Below, piece after piece: positions 1 to 9,232 of a stretch of 64,000 nt of DNA. Every line of letters starts with the position of its first letter. The first letter of the stretch is position 1. Under the pieces are notes generated by a model that was given only the letters and a program-made list of their open reading frames with translations, was not told the origin of the DNA and ran no database searches. Source of the stretch: Pseudomonadota bacterium. Lineage in GTDB: Bacteria > Pseudomonadota > Alphaproteobacteria > Rhizobiales > Beijerinckiaceae. Location of the stretch: NCBI GenBank assembly GCA_021780435.1, contig JAJXYV010000001.1, positions 1,862 through 65,861 of the forward strand. The letters are read 5' to 3'. The position numbers and the translations under genes were made by a program.

Positions 1-5
1 TGTCC

Positions 6-1193
6 GTGGTCGAGCGGCGTTCGCGCACGCCGGGCGCGTCGATCTATCTGGTGACGGCGCCGAACGGCGTCTCGGTCGCCGGAAATGTGCTCGAATTGCC
101 GCCGGGCGTGCTCGACCAGAAGACGGCGGTCGAGACGACCTATGAGCGGCTTGGCGAGCCCAATACCGAGCGCCGCGCCATGGCGCGCGTCTTCAAGCTC
201 CCTGGCGGTTTCCGCCTGTTGATCGGGCATGACCTCGAAGATCGCGAGCGGATTCGCCATATTCTCGGCTCGGCGCTCTTCACGTCCTTGATGTGGCTGC
301 TGGTGATCGCCACTTTCGGCGGCCTGTTTGTCGCTCGCCGCCTTCTGAAGCGGGTCGATGCGATGAGCGCCAAGGCCGCGACTCTCCTGCAGGAGGATTT
401 GAAGGGCCGCCTGCCCTTGTCGGGCGCCGATGACGAGCTGGACCGGCTGGCGCGTAACCTCAACGCCATGCTCGACCGCATCGCCAGCCTGATGGAAGGC
501 ATCCGGCAGGTCTCCGACAATATCGCCCATGATCTGCGCACGCCCCTGACCCGGCTGCGCAACAATGCCGAACAGGCCTTGCAGCTCGAATCGGGCGAGG
601 AGGGCGCCCGCGCCGCGCTGGAGCAGGTGATCGAGGAGGCTGACGGGTTGATTCGCATCTTCAACGCGCTGCTGATGATCGCGCGCGCAGAATCGCAGTC
701 CTCGCGCGAGAATTTCGTGGATCTCGACGGGGCGGAGCTCGCCCGCGACATGGCCGAGCTTTACGAGCCGTCGGCCGAGGAAGCCGGGGTGAACTTGCGC
801 GTGGAGGCGCCGTCGCCGGCGCCGATTCGGGGCCAGCGCGAATTGATCGGCCAGGCTCTGGCCAATCTCATCGACAATGCGCTCAAATATGGCGCGCCCG
901 ACGTTCCGGGAGCGGCGGCTGAGGTCGAGGTTCGGGTGGCGCGCGCGGGCGACAGGGTTGAGTTTTCGGTCGCCGATCGCGGTCCCGGCATTCCGGCAAA
1001 GGAGCGCGAGCGGGTTCTGGAGCGTTTCGTGCGTCTCGAGGCGTCGCGCAGCAGGCCCGGCTCGGGGCTCGGCCTTTCCCTCGCCGCCGCCGTCGCGCAC
1101 CTGCATGATGGGGTCTTGCGGGTTCAGGACAATGCGCCCGGTCTTCGCGTCGTTCTGGCGCTGCCGTTGCGCAAGGAGGGGAGCGAGTCATGA
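6..1193 (+). CDS. Two-component sensor histidine kinase (HAMP-HisKA-HATPase); probably 5'-truncated by the window edge
   Basis: TM segment, HAMP region, H-box IAHDLRTPL, N-box NLIDNALKY, G boxes DRGPGI and GSGLGL; frame is open to the window start. Confidence 0.9.
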   Translation: MVERRSRTPGASIYLVTAPNGVSVAGNVLELPPGVLDQKTAVETTYERLGEPNTERRAMARVFKLPGGFRLLIGHDLEDRERIRHILGSALFTSLMWLLVIATFGGLFVARRLLKRVDAMSAKAATLLQEDLKGRLPLSGADDELDRLARNLNAMLDRIASLMEGIRQVSDNIAHDLRTPLTRLRNNAEQALQLESGEEGARAALEQVIEEADGLIRIFNALLMIARAESQSSRENFVDLDGAELARDMAELYEPSAEEAGVNLRVEAPSPAPIRGQRELIGQALANLIDNALKYGAPDVPGAAAEVEVRVARAGDRVEFSVADRGPGIPAKERERVLERFVRLEASRSRPGSGLGLSLAAAVAHLHDGVLRVQDNAPGLRVVLALPLRKEGSES

Positions 1194-4129
1194 AGGCTAA
1201 AGATTCCCTTGGCGTTCCGCGCCCTAAGAAATTGGCCGCCGCCCGCTCGCGGGTCGCGGAGCTGCTGGCTTCCGCGGGCGAGGAGACGGCCTCCGGCTTG
1301 CGCGCCCTGCCGGACTGGGCGCGGCTCGAAGAGGTTCTGGTCGGGATCGCCGATCAATCGCCTTTCCTCTGGGGGCTGGCGCGGCGCAATCCCGCCGGGC
1401 TGCTGCGGTTGCGAAAAAGCGCGCCGGACGCGGCGCTGGACGAGGCGCTTCGGCGTCTCGCGGCATGCCATGCGCCCGATTGCACGGAGACACAGGCAAT
1501 GAGCCTGCTGCGCAAGGCGAAGCGGGAGACGGCTCTGATCATCGCGCTGGCGGATCTTGCGGGCGAATATGACGCCGTTGCGGCGACGAAGGCCCTGTCG
1601 CGCGCAGCGGATCGTTTCGTTGCGACCGCCCTGCGGGTCGCCTTGCGCCTCTCCGCCGACAAGCTGGCGCTTATCGATCCCGACGAGCCGGAACATGACT
1701 GTGGCCTTGTCATCCTCGCGCTCGGCAAACATGGCGCGATGGAGTTGAATTATTCTTCGGACGTCGATCTGGTCGTCTTTTTCGACGGGCGCTCGCCGGT
1801 TCTGGGAGCGGGGCCAGGGGCCAAGACCAATTCGCTGCGGCTGACCCAGCATCTCGTCAAGCTCCTGCAGGAGCGCACCGGCGACGGCTACGTGCTGCGG
1901 GTGGACTTGCGCCTGCGGCCGGATCCGGGTTCGACCGCCGCCGCCGTCTCGCTCGACGCCGCGCGGCATTATTACGAAACGCTCGGCCAGAACTGGGAGC
2001 GCGCCGCCATGATCAAGGCGCGGCCCATTGCCGGCGATCTTGCGCTCGGCGTCGATTTCCTCGACGAAATGGCCGCCTTCATCTGGCGAAAATATTTCGA
2101 CTACGCGACCATCGCCGACATCCATGCGATGAAGCGCCAGATCCACGCCGCCAAGGGCCATGCCGAAATTGCGGTCGCCGGCCATGACGTGAAACTTGGA
2201 CGCGGCGGCATCCGCGAGATCGAATTCTTCGTCCAGACCCAGCAGCTGATTTTCGGGGGACGCCGCCAGCAGTTGCGCGGCGCACGGACTCTCGAGATGC
2301 TGCGGCAACTCAGCGACGACCAGTGGATCACCCCGCAGGCGGCGGACGACCTCAGCGCCGCCTATCTCTATCTGCGCGCGGTGGAGCATCGCCTCCAGAT
2401 GCGGGACGATCATCAGACCCAGCGCCTGCCCGAGGACGAGGCGGAGTTGAAGGATTTCGCGCGCTTTTGCGGCTATGCGGGAACGGCGGGGTTTTCGAAA
2501 GACCTCCTGCGCCATTTCCGCGCGGTGGAGAAACATTATGCGCTGTTGTTCGAAAATGCGCCGGGCCTTGATTCGCGCGCTGGCAATCTGGTCTTCACCG
2601 GCGCGACCGACGATCCGGAGACGCTGGAAACCTTGCGCGAGATGGGCTTTCGCGATCCGGCGCGGGCCGCGGAGACGGTTCGCGGCTGGCATTTCGGACG
2701 CCGGCCGGCGGTCCGCAGCGCCCGCGCCCGCGAGGTGCTGACCGAACTCGTTCCGGCCCTGCTCGAAGCGTTTTCGAAATCGGGCGACGCCGATTCCTGC
2801 ATGGCCGCCCTCGACGCGGCTTTGGCCCGGATGCCGGCGGCGTCGGAACTGTTTTCGCTCCTGAAATCGAATGCGTCGATGCTCCAGCTTTTCGCCGATA
2901 TTCTTGGCGGGGCGCCGCGTCTCGCCCAAGTGATCGCCCAATCGCCCCATGTGCTGGACGTCGCGATCGATCGGGGCGTTGTCGCGGCGCCGATGCATGG
3001 CGCGGATTACGCCGGGCGCCTGGCCCATTTTCGCCATGCGGACCCCAGCCTCGAAGCCTTTCTCGACACCGCCCGCGTTTTTGCGAACGAGGAGAATTTC
3101 ATGATCGGCTTGCGGCTGTTCGCCGGGCTGATCGAGCCGGATCAGGCGGCGCGCGCCTATTCGGCGCTCGCGGAAACCATGATCGGCGCCTGCCTTGCCC
3201 GCGTCCAAACCGATTTCGCTGTCGAGCATGGGGCCGTTTCCGGCGGGCGTTGCGTCGTCCTCGGCTTCGGCAAGCTCGGCTCGCGAGAAATGACCGCGAC
3301 CTCCGATCTCGATCTGGTCCTGCTGTATGATTTTGATCCAGAGCGCGCGGAATCCGACGGAAACAGGCCACTTCACGCCACGCTCTATTACACTCGCCTC
3401 ACCCAGCGCCTGATTGCGGCGCTCACCGCGCCGACACGGCGAGGCAAGTTGTTCGAAGTGGACATGCGGCTGCGCCCCTCCGGCAACAAGGGGCCGGTGG
3501 CGACCCAGCTCGCGTCGTTCCGCGCCTATCAGGCCGGCGAGGCCGAAATCTGGGAACATATGGCGCTGACCCGGGCGCGTCCGGTCGCCGGCGACGAAAG
3601 CCTCGCCGCCGAGACCGCAGCCCTGGTCAGCGCCACGCTTTGCCGCCGGCGCGATGCGCCCGAACTGGCGAAGGCGGTGCGCGACATGCGCGCGCTGGTC
3701 GCGAAAGAAAAGGGCGAGGACGACGGCTGGAACCTGAAACTGGCCTCGGGCGGCCTGCTCGACGTCGAATTCATCGCGCAATATCTCGTATTGGCTCATG
3801 GCGGCGAGGCGCCGTCGCTGCGCAGCACTGCCACCGCGGAAATCCTGGCAGCGGCCGCGAAGGCCGGCTTCCTTGATGCGGATGCCGCCGAAACGCTGCT
3901 CAAGGCGCTGGCGCTTTACTCCAACGTCACCCAATGGCTGCGGCTGGCGCTCGAGGAAGGCGCCAACCCGCGCGAGGCCGCCGACGGCGTCAAACGCCGG
4001 ATCGCCGTCGCCACCGGCCTGCCGGATTTCGCCTTCCTGGAGCGCGAGCTGGCGGCGACGCGGAAGGCGGTGCGGAAAATCTTCACGCGCCTCATGGCGC
4101 GTGAGGAGAAGGCAAATAGCTCGGCCTGA
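1190..4129 (+). CDS. glnE: Bifunctional glutamine synthetase adenylyltransferase/adenylyl-removing enzyme
   Basis: 979 aa with two nucleotidyltransferase motifs (LGKHGAMELNYSSDVDL; FGKLGSREMTATSDLDL) and two DxRLRP motifs; ATGA overlap with the kinase stop. Confidence 0.95.
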   Translation: MKAKDSLGVPRPKKLAAARSRVAELLASAGEETASGLRALPDWARLEEVLVGIADQSPFLWGLARRNPAGLLRLRKSAPDAALDEALRRLAACHAPDCTETQAMSLLRKAKRETALIIALADLAGEYDAVAATKALSRAADRFVATALRVALRLSADKLALIDPDEPEHDCGLVILALGKHGAMELNYSSDVDLVVFFDGRSPVLGAGPGAKTNSLRLTQHLVKLLQERTGDGYVLRVDLRLRPDPGSTAAAVSLDAARHYYETLGQNWERAAMIKARPIAGDLALGVDFLDEMAAFIWRKYFDYATIADIHAMKRQIHAAKGHAEIAVAGHDVKLGRGGIREIEFFVQTQQLIFGGRRQQLRGARTLEMLRQLSDDQWITPQAADDLSAAYLYLRAVEHRLQMRDDHQTQRLPEDEAELKDFARFCGYAGTAGFSKDLLRHFRAVEKHYALLFENAPGLDSRAGNLVFTGATDDPETLETLREMGFRDPARAAETVRGWHFGRRPAVRSARAREVLTELVPALLEAFSKSGDADSCMAALDAALARMPAASELFSLLKSNASMLQLFADILGGAPRLAQVIAQSPHVLDVAIDRGVVAAPMHGADYAGRLAHFRHADPSLEAFLDTARVFANEENFMIGLRLFAGLIEPDQAARAYSALAETMIGACLARVQTDFAVEHGAVSGGRCVVLGFGKLGSREMTATSDLDLVLLYDFDPERAESDGNRPLHATLYYTRLTQRLIAALTAPTRRGKLFEVDMRLRPSGNKGPVATQLASFRAYQAGEAEIWEHMALTRARPVAGDESLAAETAALVSATLCRRRDAPELAKAVRDMRALVAKEKGEDDGWNLKLASGGLLDVEFIAQYLVLAHGGEAPSLRSTATAEILAAAAKAGFLDADAAETLLKALALYSNVTQWLRLALEEGANPREAADGVKRRIAVATGLPDFAFLERELAATRKAVRKIFTRLMAREEKANSSA

Positions 4130-4131
4130 AA

Positions 4132-4158
4132 CGCGCCGCCGCCATCGGCGGCGGCGCG
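4132..4158. terminator. GC-rich hairpin between convergent glnE and NRAMP genes
   Basis: cgcgccgccgcc-atc-ggcggcggcgcg, 12-bp perfect stem; no clear U-tract. Confidence 0.5.
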
Positions 4159-4165
4159 CGGCGCT

Positions 4166-5806
4166 TCACCCTTTGGTCAGCGCGAGCATGGCGATGCGGA
4201 TGAGGACGAGGCCTCCGGCCAGAACAAGGTAAAGCCGGAGGACGACCATCCAGCTTCGGGCCGAAAAGGACAGCCGGGCCGGCGGGAGTTGATCGAGAGG
4301 CGGCATCCGCCAGTTGGCGCGCTGCTCGCGTCCGACGACCGGGCGCGCGCCCTCCGTCTTCCTCGAGCCGGCGAAGAAAACCGGCAGGGCAGCAAGCGTC
4401 GCGAGCGCGGCGCCTCCCGCCAGGATCGAGAGGATGACCTTCTCATCGGTCGATTCCGGAAACAGCACCGACGCCGTCAGGATGATAGACAGGATCACCA
4501 GCGCGGCGATGACCAGGCCGGTGAACAGGTTCAGCCCGCGTCCGTTGACCCATGGGCCGAGCACGTCCTTGTCGTTGCACAACAGCAGCAGGAAGACTGT
4601 CGCGCTCGGCAGCAGGACGCCGGCGAGAGTCTGCACGGCGTTGGTGAGGAGGCCGAGCGGCGCGCCGGGCGTGAGCACGAGTCCGGCGGCGACGACGATC
4701 AGGCCGCAATAGACCAGGTAGAAGGCCTTGGCGTCCGAAGGCTTGCGGTGCAGCGAGTGCTTCAGGGACAGGACGTCGCCGATGGCGTAGGCGGTCGACA
4801 GCGACACCGCCGAAGCGCCGATGATCGAAGCGTCGATCAGGGCGAGGGCGAACATGATTCCCGCCACGCGGCCGGCATGTTTCTCCAGCCCCGCGGCGAC
4901 CGCGCCGGCGTCGGTGAAACCGCCGAACTCCGGGCGGCCCGCGAAGACGGCGGCGGTGAAGGCCATCATCGCCGCGGCGCCGAGGACGACCAGCACGATT
5001 CCGAGCCACAGATCGGCCTTTTCATAGGCCATGAAACGCGGCGTGATCCGCTTGTCGATGACATAGCTCTGCTGGAAGAACAGCTGCCAGGGAGCGATGG
5101 TCGTGCCGACGATGGCGATGATCAGCAGCATGACGTCGCTGAGCTTGGCCCCCTGCGGCAGCTGCGGCGTCACCATGTCGCGCGCGACCTGGCCGAGCGG
5201 CGGATGGGCCATCAGGAACACCGGGATGAGCAGCAGGCTTCCGAACACGAGAGCCATGGAGAAGCGCTCGAAACGACGAAAGCTTCCGGTGCTCGCGGCG
5301 GCCATGATGACGACGGCGGCCAAAGCCACGCCCAGTTGTTTCGAAACGCCGAGATAATCGAGCGCCAGCGCGACGCCGATGAATTCGGTGACGATCGTGA
5401 GGCCATTGAGCAGGAAGAGGTCGATCACCGAGAAGGCGCCCCAGAACTTGCCGAAACGCTCGAGGATCAGGCGAGCGTGGCCGACGCCGGTGACGACGCC
5501 GAGGCGCAGGACCATTTCCTGGTTCACGTAGAGCACCGGCACGAGCAGCAGCAGCGTCCACAAGAGGCTCGTGCCGTAATTCTGCCCGGCCTGGGTGTAG
5601 GTGCCGAAGGCGCCGGCGTCATTGTCGCCGACCATGACGATCAGGCCGGGGCCGAGAATGGCCAGCAGCGTCGTGAGGCGGTGTTTCCAGTTCGTGCGGG
5701 GGCCGTGATCGTCGTGAAGAATGACGCCGAAGGCGCCGTGGATGTGGCCGATATGCGCTTCATCCAGCACGGCGGCGCGCGCGTCGGGATTGGTGTGGAC
5801 GGTCAT
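4166..5806 (-). CDS. NRAMP-family divalent cation transporter, Mg2+-type (NRMT-like) clade
   Basis: About 11 hydrophobic segments; TM1 motif GPGLIVMVGDNDAG and TM6 motif GTTIAPW in place of MntH-type DPGN and MPH; RBS AGGAG upstream. Confidence 0.85.
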   Translation of the reverse strand: MTVHTNPDARAAVLDEAHIGHIHGAFGVILHDDHGPRTNWKHRLTTLLAILGPGLIVMVGDNDAGAFGTYTQAGQNYGTSLLWTLLLLVPVLYVNQEMVLRLGVVTGVGHARLILERFGKFWGAFSVIDLFLLNGLTIVTEFIGVALALDYLGVSKQLGVALAAVVIMAAASTGSFRRFERFSMALVFGSLLLIPVFLMAHPPLGQVARDMVTPQLPQGAKLSDVMLLIIAIVGTTIAPWQLFFQQSYVIDKRITPRFMAYEKADLWLGIVLVVLGAAAMMAFTAAVFAGRPEFGGFTDAGAVAAGLEKHAGRVAGIMFALALIDASIIGASAVSLSTAYAIGDVLSLKHSLHRKPSDAKAFYLVYCGLIVVAAGLVLTPGAPLGLLTNAVQTLAGVLLPSATVFLLLLCNDKDVLGPWVNGRGLNLFTGLVIAALVILSIILTASVLFPESTDEKVILSILAGGAALATLAALPVFFAGSRKTEGARPVVGREQRANWRMPPLDQLPPARLSFSARSWMVVLRLYLVLAGGLVLIRIAMLALTKG

Positions 5807-5851
5807 TTGCTTCTCCTGGCCCCGCGGCGTCCGGCGCGGCGCCGGGAGCCG

Positions 5852-5974
5852 TCACCAGCTCCGGATCGCCAAGCCCGCCGAACACGCGGGGAATTGAGTC
5901 TGGTCTTCTGTCGAAAGGGGGCCCGCGGACACGTCGAAATCGAGCGCCGCGGGGCTACTAGGGCCGTCTTTCAA
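5852..5974 (-). CDS. Candidate 40-aa small protein (MKDGPSSPAALDFDVSAGPLSTEDQTQFPACSAGLAIRSW), TTG start
   Basis: Hand-translated; AGGAG 7 nt upstream of TTG; fills the gap between the 69-aa ORF and the NRAMP gene on the same strand. Confidence 0.35.
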   Translation of the reverse strand: MKDGPSSPAALDFDVSAGPLSTEDQTQFPACSAGLAIRSW

Positions 5975-5992
5975 AGCGGGTCTCCTTTTGGT

Positions 5993-6202
5993 TCACGCCG
6001 CGCGCCGAATGGATATTCGGCCGGATTCGTCGAGTTGGACGACGTCAGGTCCGACCGTGGCGGATGCGGAAATCCAGACGGCGCCCAGGCGCCCGGTCGC
6101 CGGGTCCCTGACCCAGCGGCAGGTCAACGGGCTGCGCGCCACCGAACGATGGTTGCGGGGGGTGGGGACGTTCGTCCCCCGGTGTTTGAACTTGATGATC
6201 AT
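5993..6202 (-). CDS. 69-aa hypothetical protein upstream of NRAMP
   Basis: Strong Shine-Dalgarno GGAGGTGA just upstream of ATG; non-low-complexity core LTCRWVRDPATGRLGAVW. Confidence 0.6.
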   Translation of the reverse strand: MIIKFKHRGTNVPTPRNHRSVARSPLTCRWVRDPATGRLGAVWISASATVGPDVVQLDESGRISIRRAA

Positions 6203-6203
6203 G

Positions 6204-6349
6204 GCTCACCTCCGGCCCGCAGGCCTCATGGTGAGCGACATATAGCCCTCAGACGGGCTTCATATCCCTCACGCGGTCGGCGCCGCGAGCTTTCTGCAAT
6301 GTGACGGCGCCACTTGCCCGAATAACTCCGGGGTCATGCCGCCTGAGGG
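6204..6349 (-). promoter_or_regulatory. Candidate structured 5' leader with an 11-aa uORF and an SD-sequestering hairpin
   Basis: 11-bp helix 6339-6349/6246-6256 enclosing three hairpins; GCTCACC/GGTGAGC pairing (6230-6236/6204-6210) overlaps the SD; uORF 6241-6206. Confidence 0.45.
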
Positions 6350-6608
6350 GATACTGCCCATATGTCCTTGACTGGGGTTGGGAAACGGCGCGCGTCATGC
6401 GCCCGCATGTGTTCCGAATGCGCCTCGCCTTTCGCATTGTCAAGTTCAAAATGCCCGGCCGGCCTGGCTTGTCGCGCGGCGCCGCGCGACCCTGACGCGC
6501 CCCCTGACGGATGGACTATGGCGCCGCAATATTGACCGGCGTATAAGTTCACGAAGACCTTTTTACGCCCTTTCAGGGCGCGCTGCTGTTTGGATGATGG
6601 AAAAGCGA

Positions 6609-8768
6609 ATGAGCCGCATTCCCGATTTCTCGAATCTCGCCCTCGACACGGATCAGAGCGCCGCGGCGCCGGCCTTCGCCGCCGAGCCCTGGCTGACCCC
6701 GGAGGGCGTCGAGGTGAAAAGCGTTTACGGCCCCGAAGACGTCCAAGGTCTTCCGGCGGTCGATTCCTACCCCGGCGTGGCGCCTTTCCTGCGCGGTCCT
6801 TACCCCACCATGTATGTCAACCAGCCCTGGACGGTGCGGCAATATGCCGGCTTCTCCACCGCCGAGGATTCCAACGCCTTTTACCGCCGCAATCTCGCAG
6901 CGGGCCAGAAGGGCCTTTCGGTCGCCTTCGACCTCGCCACCCATCGCGGCTACGATTCCGATCATCCGCGCGTCGCCGGCGATGTCGGCATGGCGGGCGT
7001 CGCCATCGATTCCATCTATGACATGCGAACGCTCTTTTCCGGCATTCCGCTCGACCAGATGTCGGTGTCGATGACCATGAACGGCGCGGTGCTTCCGGTG
7101 CTCGCGCTCTATATCGTCGCGGCGGAAGAGCAGGGCGTGCCGGCCGAAAAGCTCTCCGGCACGATCCAGAACGACATTCTGAAAGAATTCATGGTGCGGA
7201 ACACCTATATCTATCCGCCCAAGGATTCGATGCGCATCATCTCGGATATTTTTGCCTATACTTCGCAACATATGCCGAAATTCAACTCGATCTCGATCTC
7301 CGGCTACCACATGCAGGAGGCGGGGGCGACGCAGGATCTCGAGCTCGCCTATACGCTGGCCGACGGCGTCGAATATATCCGCGCCGGCGTCAACGCCGGC
7401 CTGACGGTGGATCAGTTCGCGCCGCGCCTGTCATTCTTCTGGGCGATCGGCATGAATTTCTTCATGGAGGTGGCCAAGCTGCGCGCCGCGCGCCTGATCT
7501 GGGCCAATCTCGTGAAGCAGTTCAATCCGAAATCGGAAAAGAGCCTGCCTTTGCGCACGCACAGCCAGACCTCCGGCTGGTCGCTGACCGCTCAGGACGT
7601 CTTCAACAATGTCATCCGCACCCAGATCGAGGCCATGGCGGCGACGCAGGGGCACACCCAGTCGCTGCACACCAATGCGCTCGACGAGGCGCTGGCGCTG
7701 CCGACCGATTTTTCCGCGCGCATCGCCCGCAATACCCAGCTCTTCCTGCAGCAGGAATCGGGGACGACCCGGATCATCGATCCCTGGGGCGGCTCCTATT
7801 ATGTCGAGAAACTGACCGCCGAACTGACCCAGAAGGCCTGGGTCCATATTCAGGAGGTCGAGGCGCTCGGCGGCATGGCCAAGGCCATCGACGCCGGCAT
7901 TCCGAAACTGCGCATCGAGGAGGCGGCGGCCAAGACGCAGGCGCGCATCGATTCCGGCAAGCAGGCGGTGATCGGGGTCAACAAGTTCCGCCCCGAAAAC
8001 GAAAAGCCGATCGATGTGCTCAAGGTCGAGAACGCCGCGGTGCGCGCCCAGCAGATCGAAAAGCTGAAGCGGCTGCGCGCCGAGCGCAACGAGGCCGAGA
8101 CTCAAGGAGCGCTCGACGCTTTGACCGAGGGCGCGAAGAGCGGCGCCAATCTTTTGGCCTTGGCGATCGAAGCCGCGCGGAAAAAGGCGACGGTCGGCGA
8201 GATCTCCTTCGCGCTCGAGAAGGTGTTCGGACGCCATCGCGCCGAGATCAAGAGCATTTCCGGTGTTTACAAGCGGGAGGCCGGCGTGAATTCCACCGCC
8301 ATCGCGTCAGTGCAGCGCCAGGTCGAGGCCTTCGTCGAGAACGACGGCCGCCGGCCGCGCATCCTCGTCGCCAAGGTCGGCCAGGACGGCCATGATCGCG
8401 GCCAGAAGGTCATCGCCTCGGCCTTCGCCGATCTCGGTTTCGACGTTGACATCGGCCCGCTCTTCGCCACGCCGGAGGAGGCCGCGCGTCAGGCGGTCGA
8501 GAACGACGTTCATATCGTCGGCATTTCCTCGCTCGCGGCCGGCCATCTGACCCTTGTGCCCGAATTGCGCGCCGCGCTGGAGAAGGAAGGCCGCCCGGAT
8601 ATCATGATCGTGGTCGGGGGCGTCATTCCGCCGCAGGACTTCGACGCGCTCACCAAGGCGGGCGCCTCCGCGATCTTCCCGCCCGGCACCGTGATCGCCG
8701 AAGCCGCCGGCAAGCTGATCGACGAACTGAACCAGCGCCTCGGCTATTCCAAAGCCGCCGCGGAATGA
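6609..8768 (+). CDS. scpA: Methylmalonyl-CoA mutase, B12-dependent large subunit
   Basis: [35 protein letters not shown] and the B12-binding motif [10 protein letters not shown]; start moved to ATG 6609 (MSRIPDF). Confidence 0.95.
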   Translation: MSRIPDFSNLALDTDQSAAAPAFAAEPWLTPEGVEVKSVYGPEDVQGLPAVDSYPGVAPFLRGPYPTMYVNQPWTVRQYAGFSTAEDSNAFYRRNLAAGQKGLSVAFDLATHRGYDSDHPRVAGDVGMAGVAIDSIYDMRTLFSGIPLDQMSVSMTMNGAVLPVLALYIVAAEEQGVPAEKLSGTIQNDILKEFMVRNTYIYPPKDSMRIISDIFAYTSQHMPKFNSISISGYHMQEAGATQDLELAYTLADGVEYIRAGVNAGLTVDQFAPRLSFFWAIGMNFFMEVAKLRAARLIWANLVKQFNPKSEKSLPLRTHSQTSGWSLTAQDVFNNVIRTQIEAMAATQGHTQSLHTNALDEALALPTDFSARIARNTQLFLQQESGTTRIIDPWGGSYYVEKLTAELTQKAWVHIQEVEALGGMAKAIDAGIPKLRIEEAAAKTQARIDSGKQAVIGVNKFRPENEKPIDVLKVENAAVRAQQIEKLKRLRAERNEAETQGALDALTEGAKSGANLLALAIEAARKKATVGEISFALEKVFGRHRAEIKSISGVYKREAGVNSTAIASVQRQVEAFVENDGRRPRILVAKVGQDGHDRGQKVIASAFADLGFDVDIGPLFATPEEAARQAVENDVHIVGISSLAAGHLTLVPELRAALEKEGRPDIMIVVGGVIPPQDFDALTKAGASAIFPPGTVIAEAAGKLIDELNQRLGYSKAAAE

Positions 8769-9232
8769 CCGAAACCCAGGCTCCGGTCGGCGCGGGCGAC
8801 GGTTTTGTCGTCGCCCTCGAAGATCCGCCAAACGAGACCACGCAGATCATCCTGCTGAGCGGTCTCGCCAGCTTTAACGAATCCTGCATCGGTCCCGATC
8901 CCGTGCGCGATCCGCGCAATCATGTCTGCTTCGTGGCGCGCGACGCGGAAGGGAGGGTGCGCGGGGGCCTGCAGGGCGTGATCGTCGGGGCCTGGCTGGC
9001 GATGGACCTCGTCTGGGTCGAAGAAGCCTTCCGCCACAACGGGCTCGGCTCGCGCCTTCTTGACGGGGCCGAGGCGGAAGGGCGCCGTCGCGGCTGCAAA
9101 TGGGCCATTCTCGCAACATTTGATTATCAGGCCCCAGGCTTTTATACACGCCGGGGCTATGTCGAATATGCGCGGATGGAAGATTTTCCCTGGGGCTCGA
9201 CGCGATACCAATTAAGAAAGACGCTTGGGTGA
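8765..9232 (+). CDS. GNAT-family N-acetyltransferase
   Basis: Acetyl-CoA motif [17 protein letters not shown] and C-terminal [15 protein letters not shown]; ATGA overlap with scpA. Confidence 0.85.
   Translation: MTETQAPVGAGDGFVVALEDPPNETTQIILLSGLASFNESCIGPDPVRDPRNHVCFVARDAEGRVRGGLQGVIVGAWLAMDLVWVEEAFRHNGLGSRLLDGAEAEGRRRGCKWAILATFDYQAPGFYTRRGYVEYARMEDFPWGSTRYQLRKTLG

Noticed and set aside
1124-3934. 936-aa minus-strand ORF, and similar long overlapping ORFs (4289..6304, 16128..18050, 23629..25650, 54255..56663)
   Set aside because: Antisense shadows of well-supported genes, expected from high-GC codon bias; no recognisable motifs
5810-6450. M-box (ykoK) or yybP-ykoY riboswitch upstream of the NRAMP gene
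   Set aside because: The conserved cores I remember for these families were not found by eye; kept only as an unassigned structured leader pending cmscan
6378-6608. Upstream start extensions given by the ORF track (scpA, sodB, mucR, ilvD, shc, ppk2, DUF1214 and others)
   Set aside because: Downstream starts have better RBS and match the expected family N-termini
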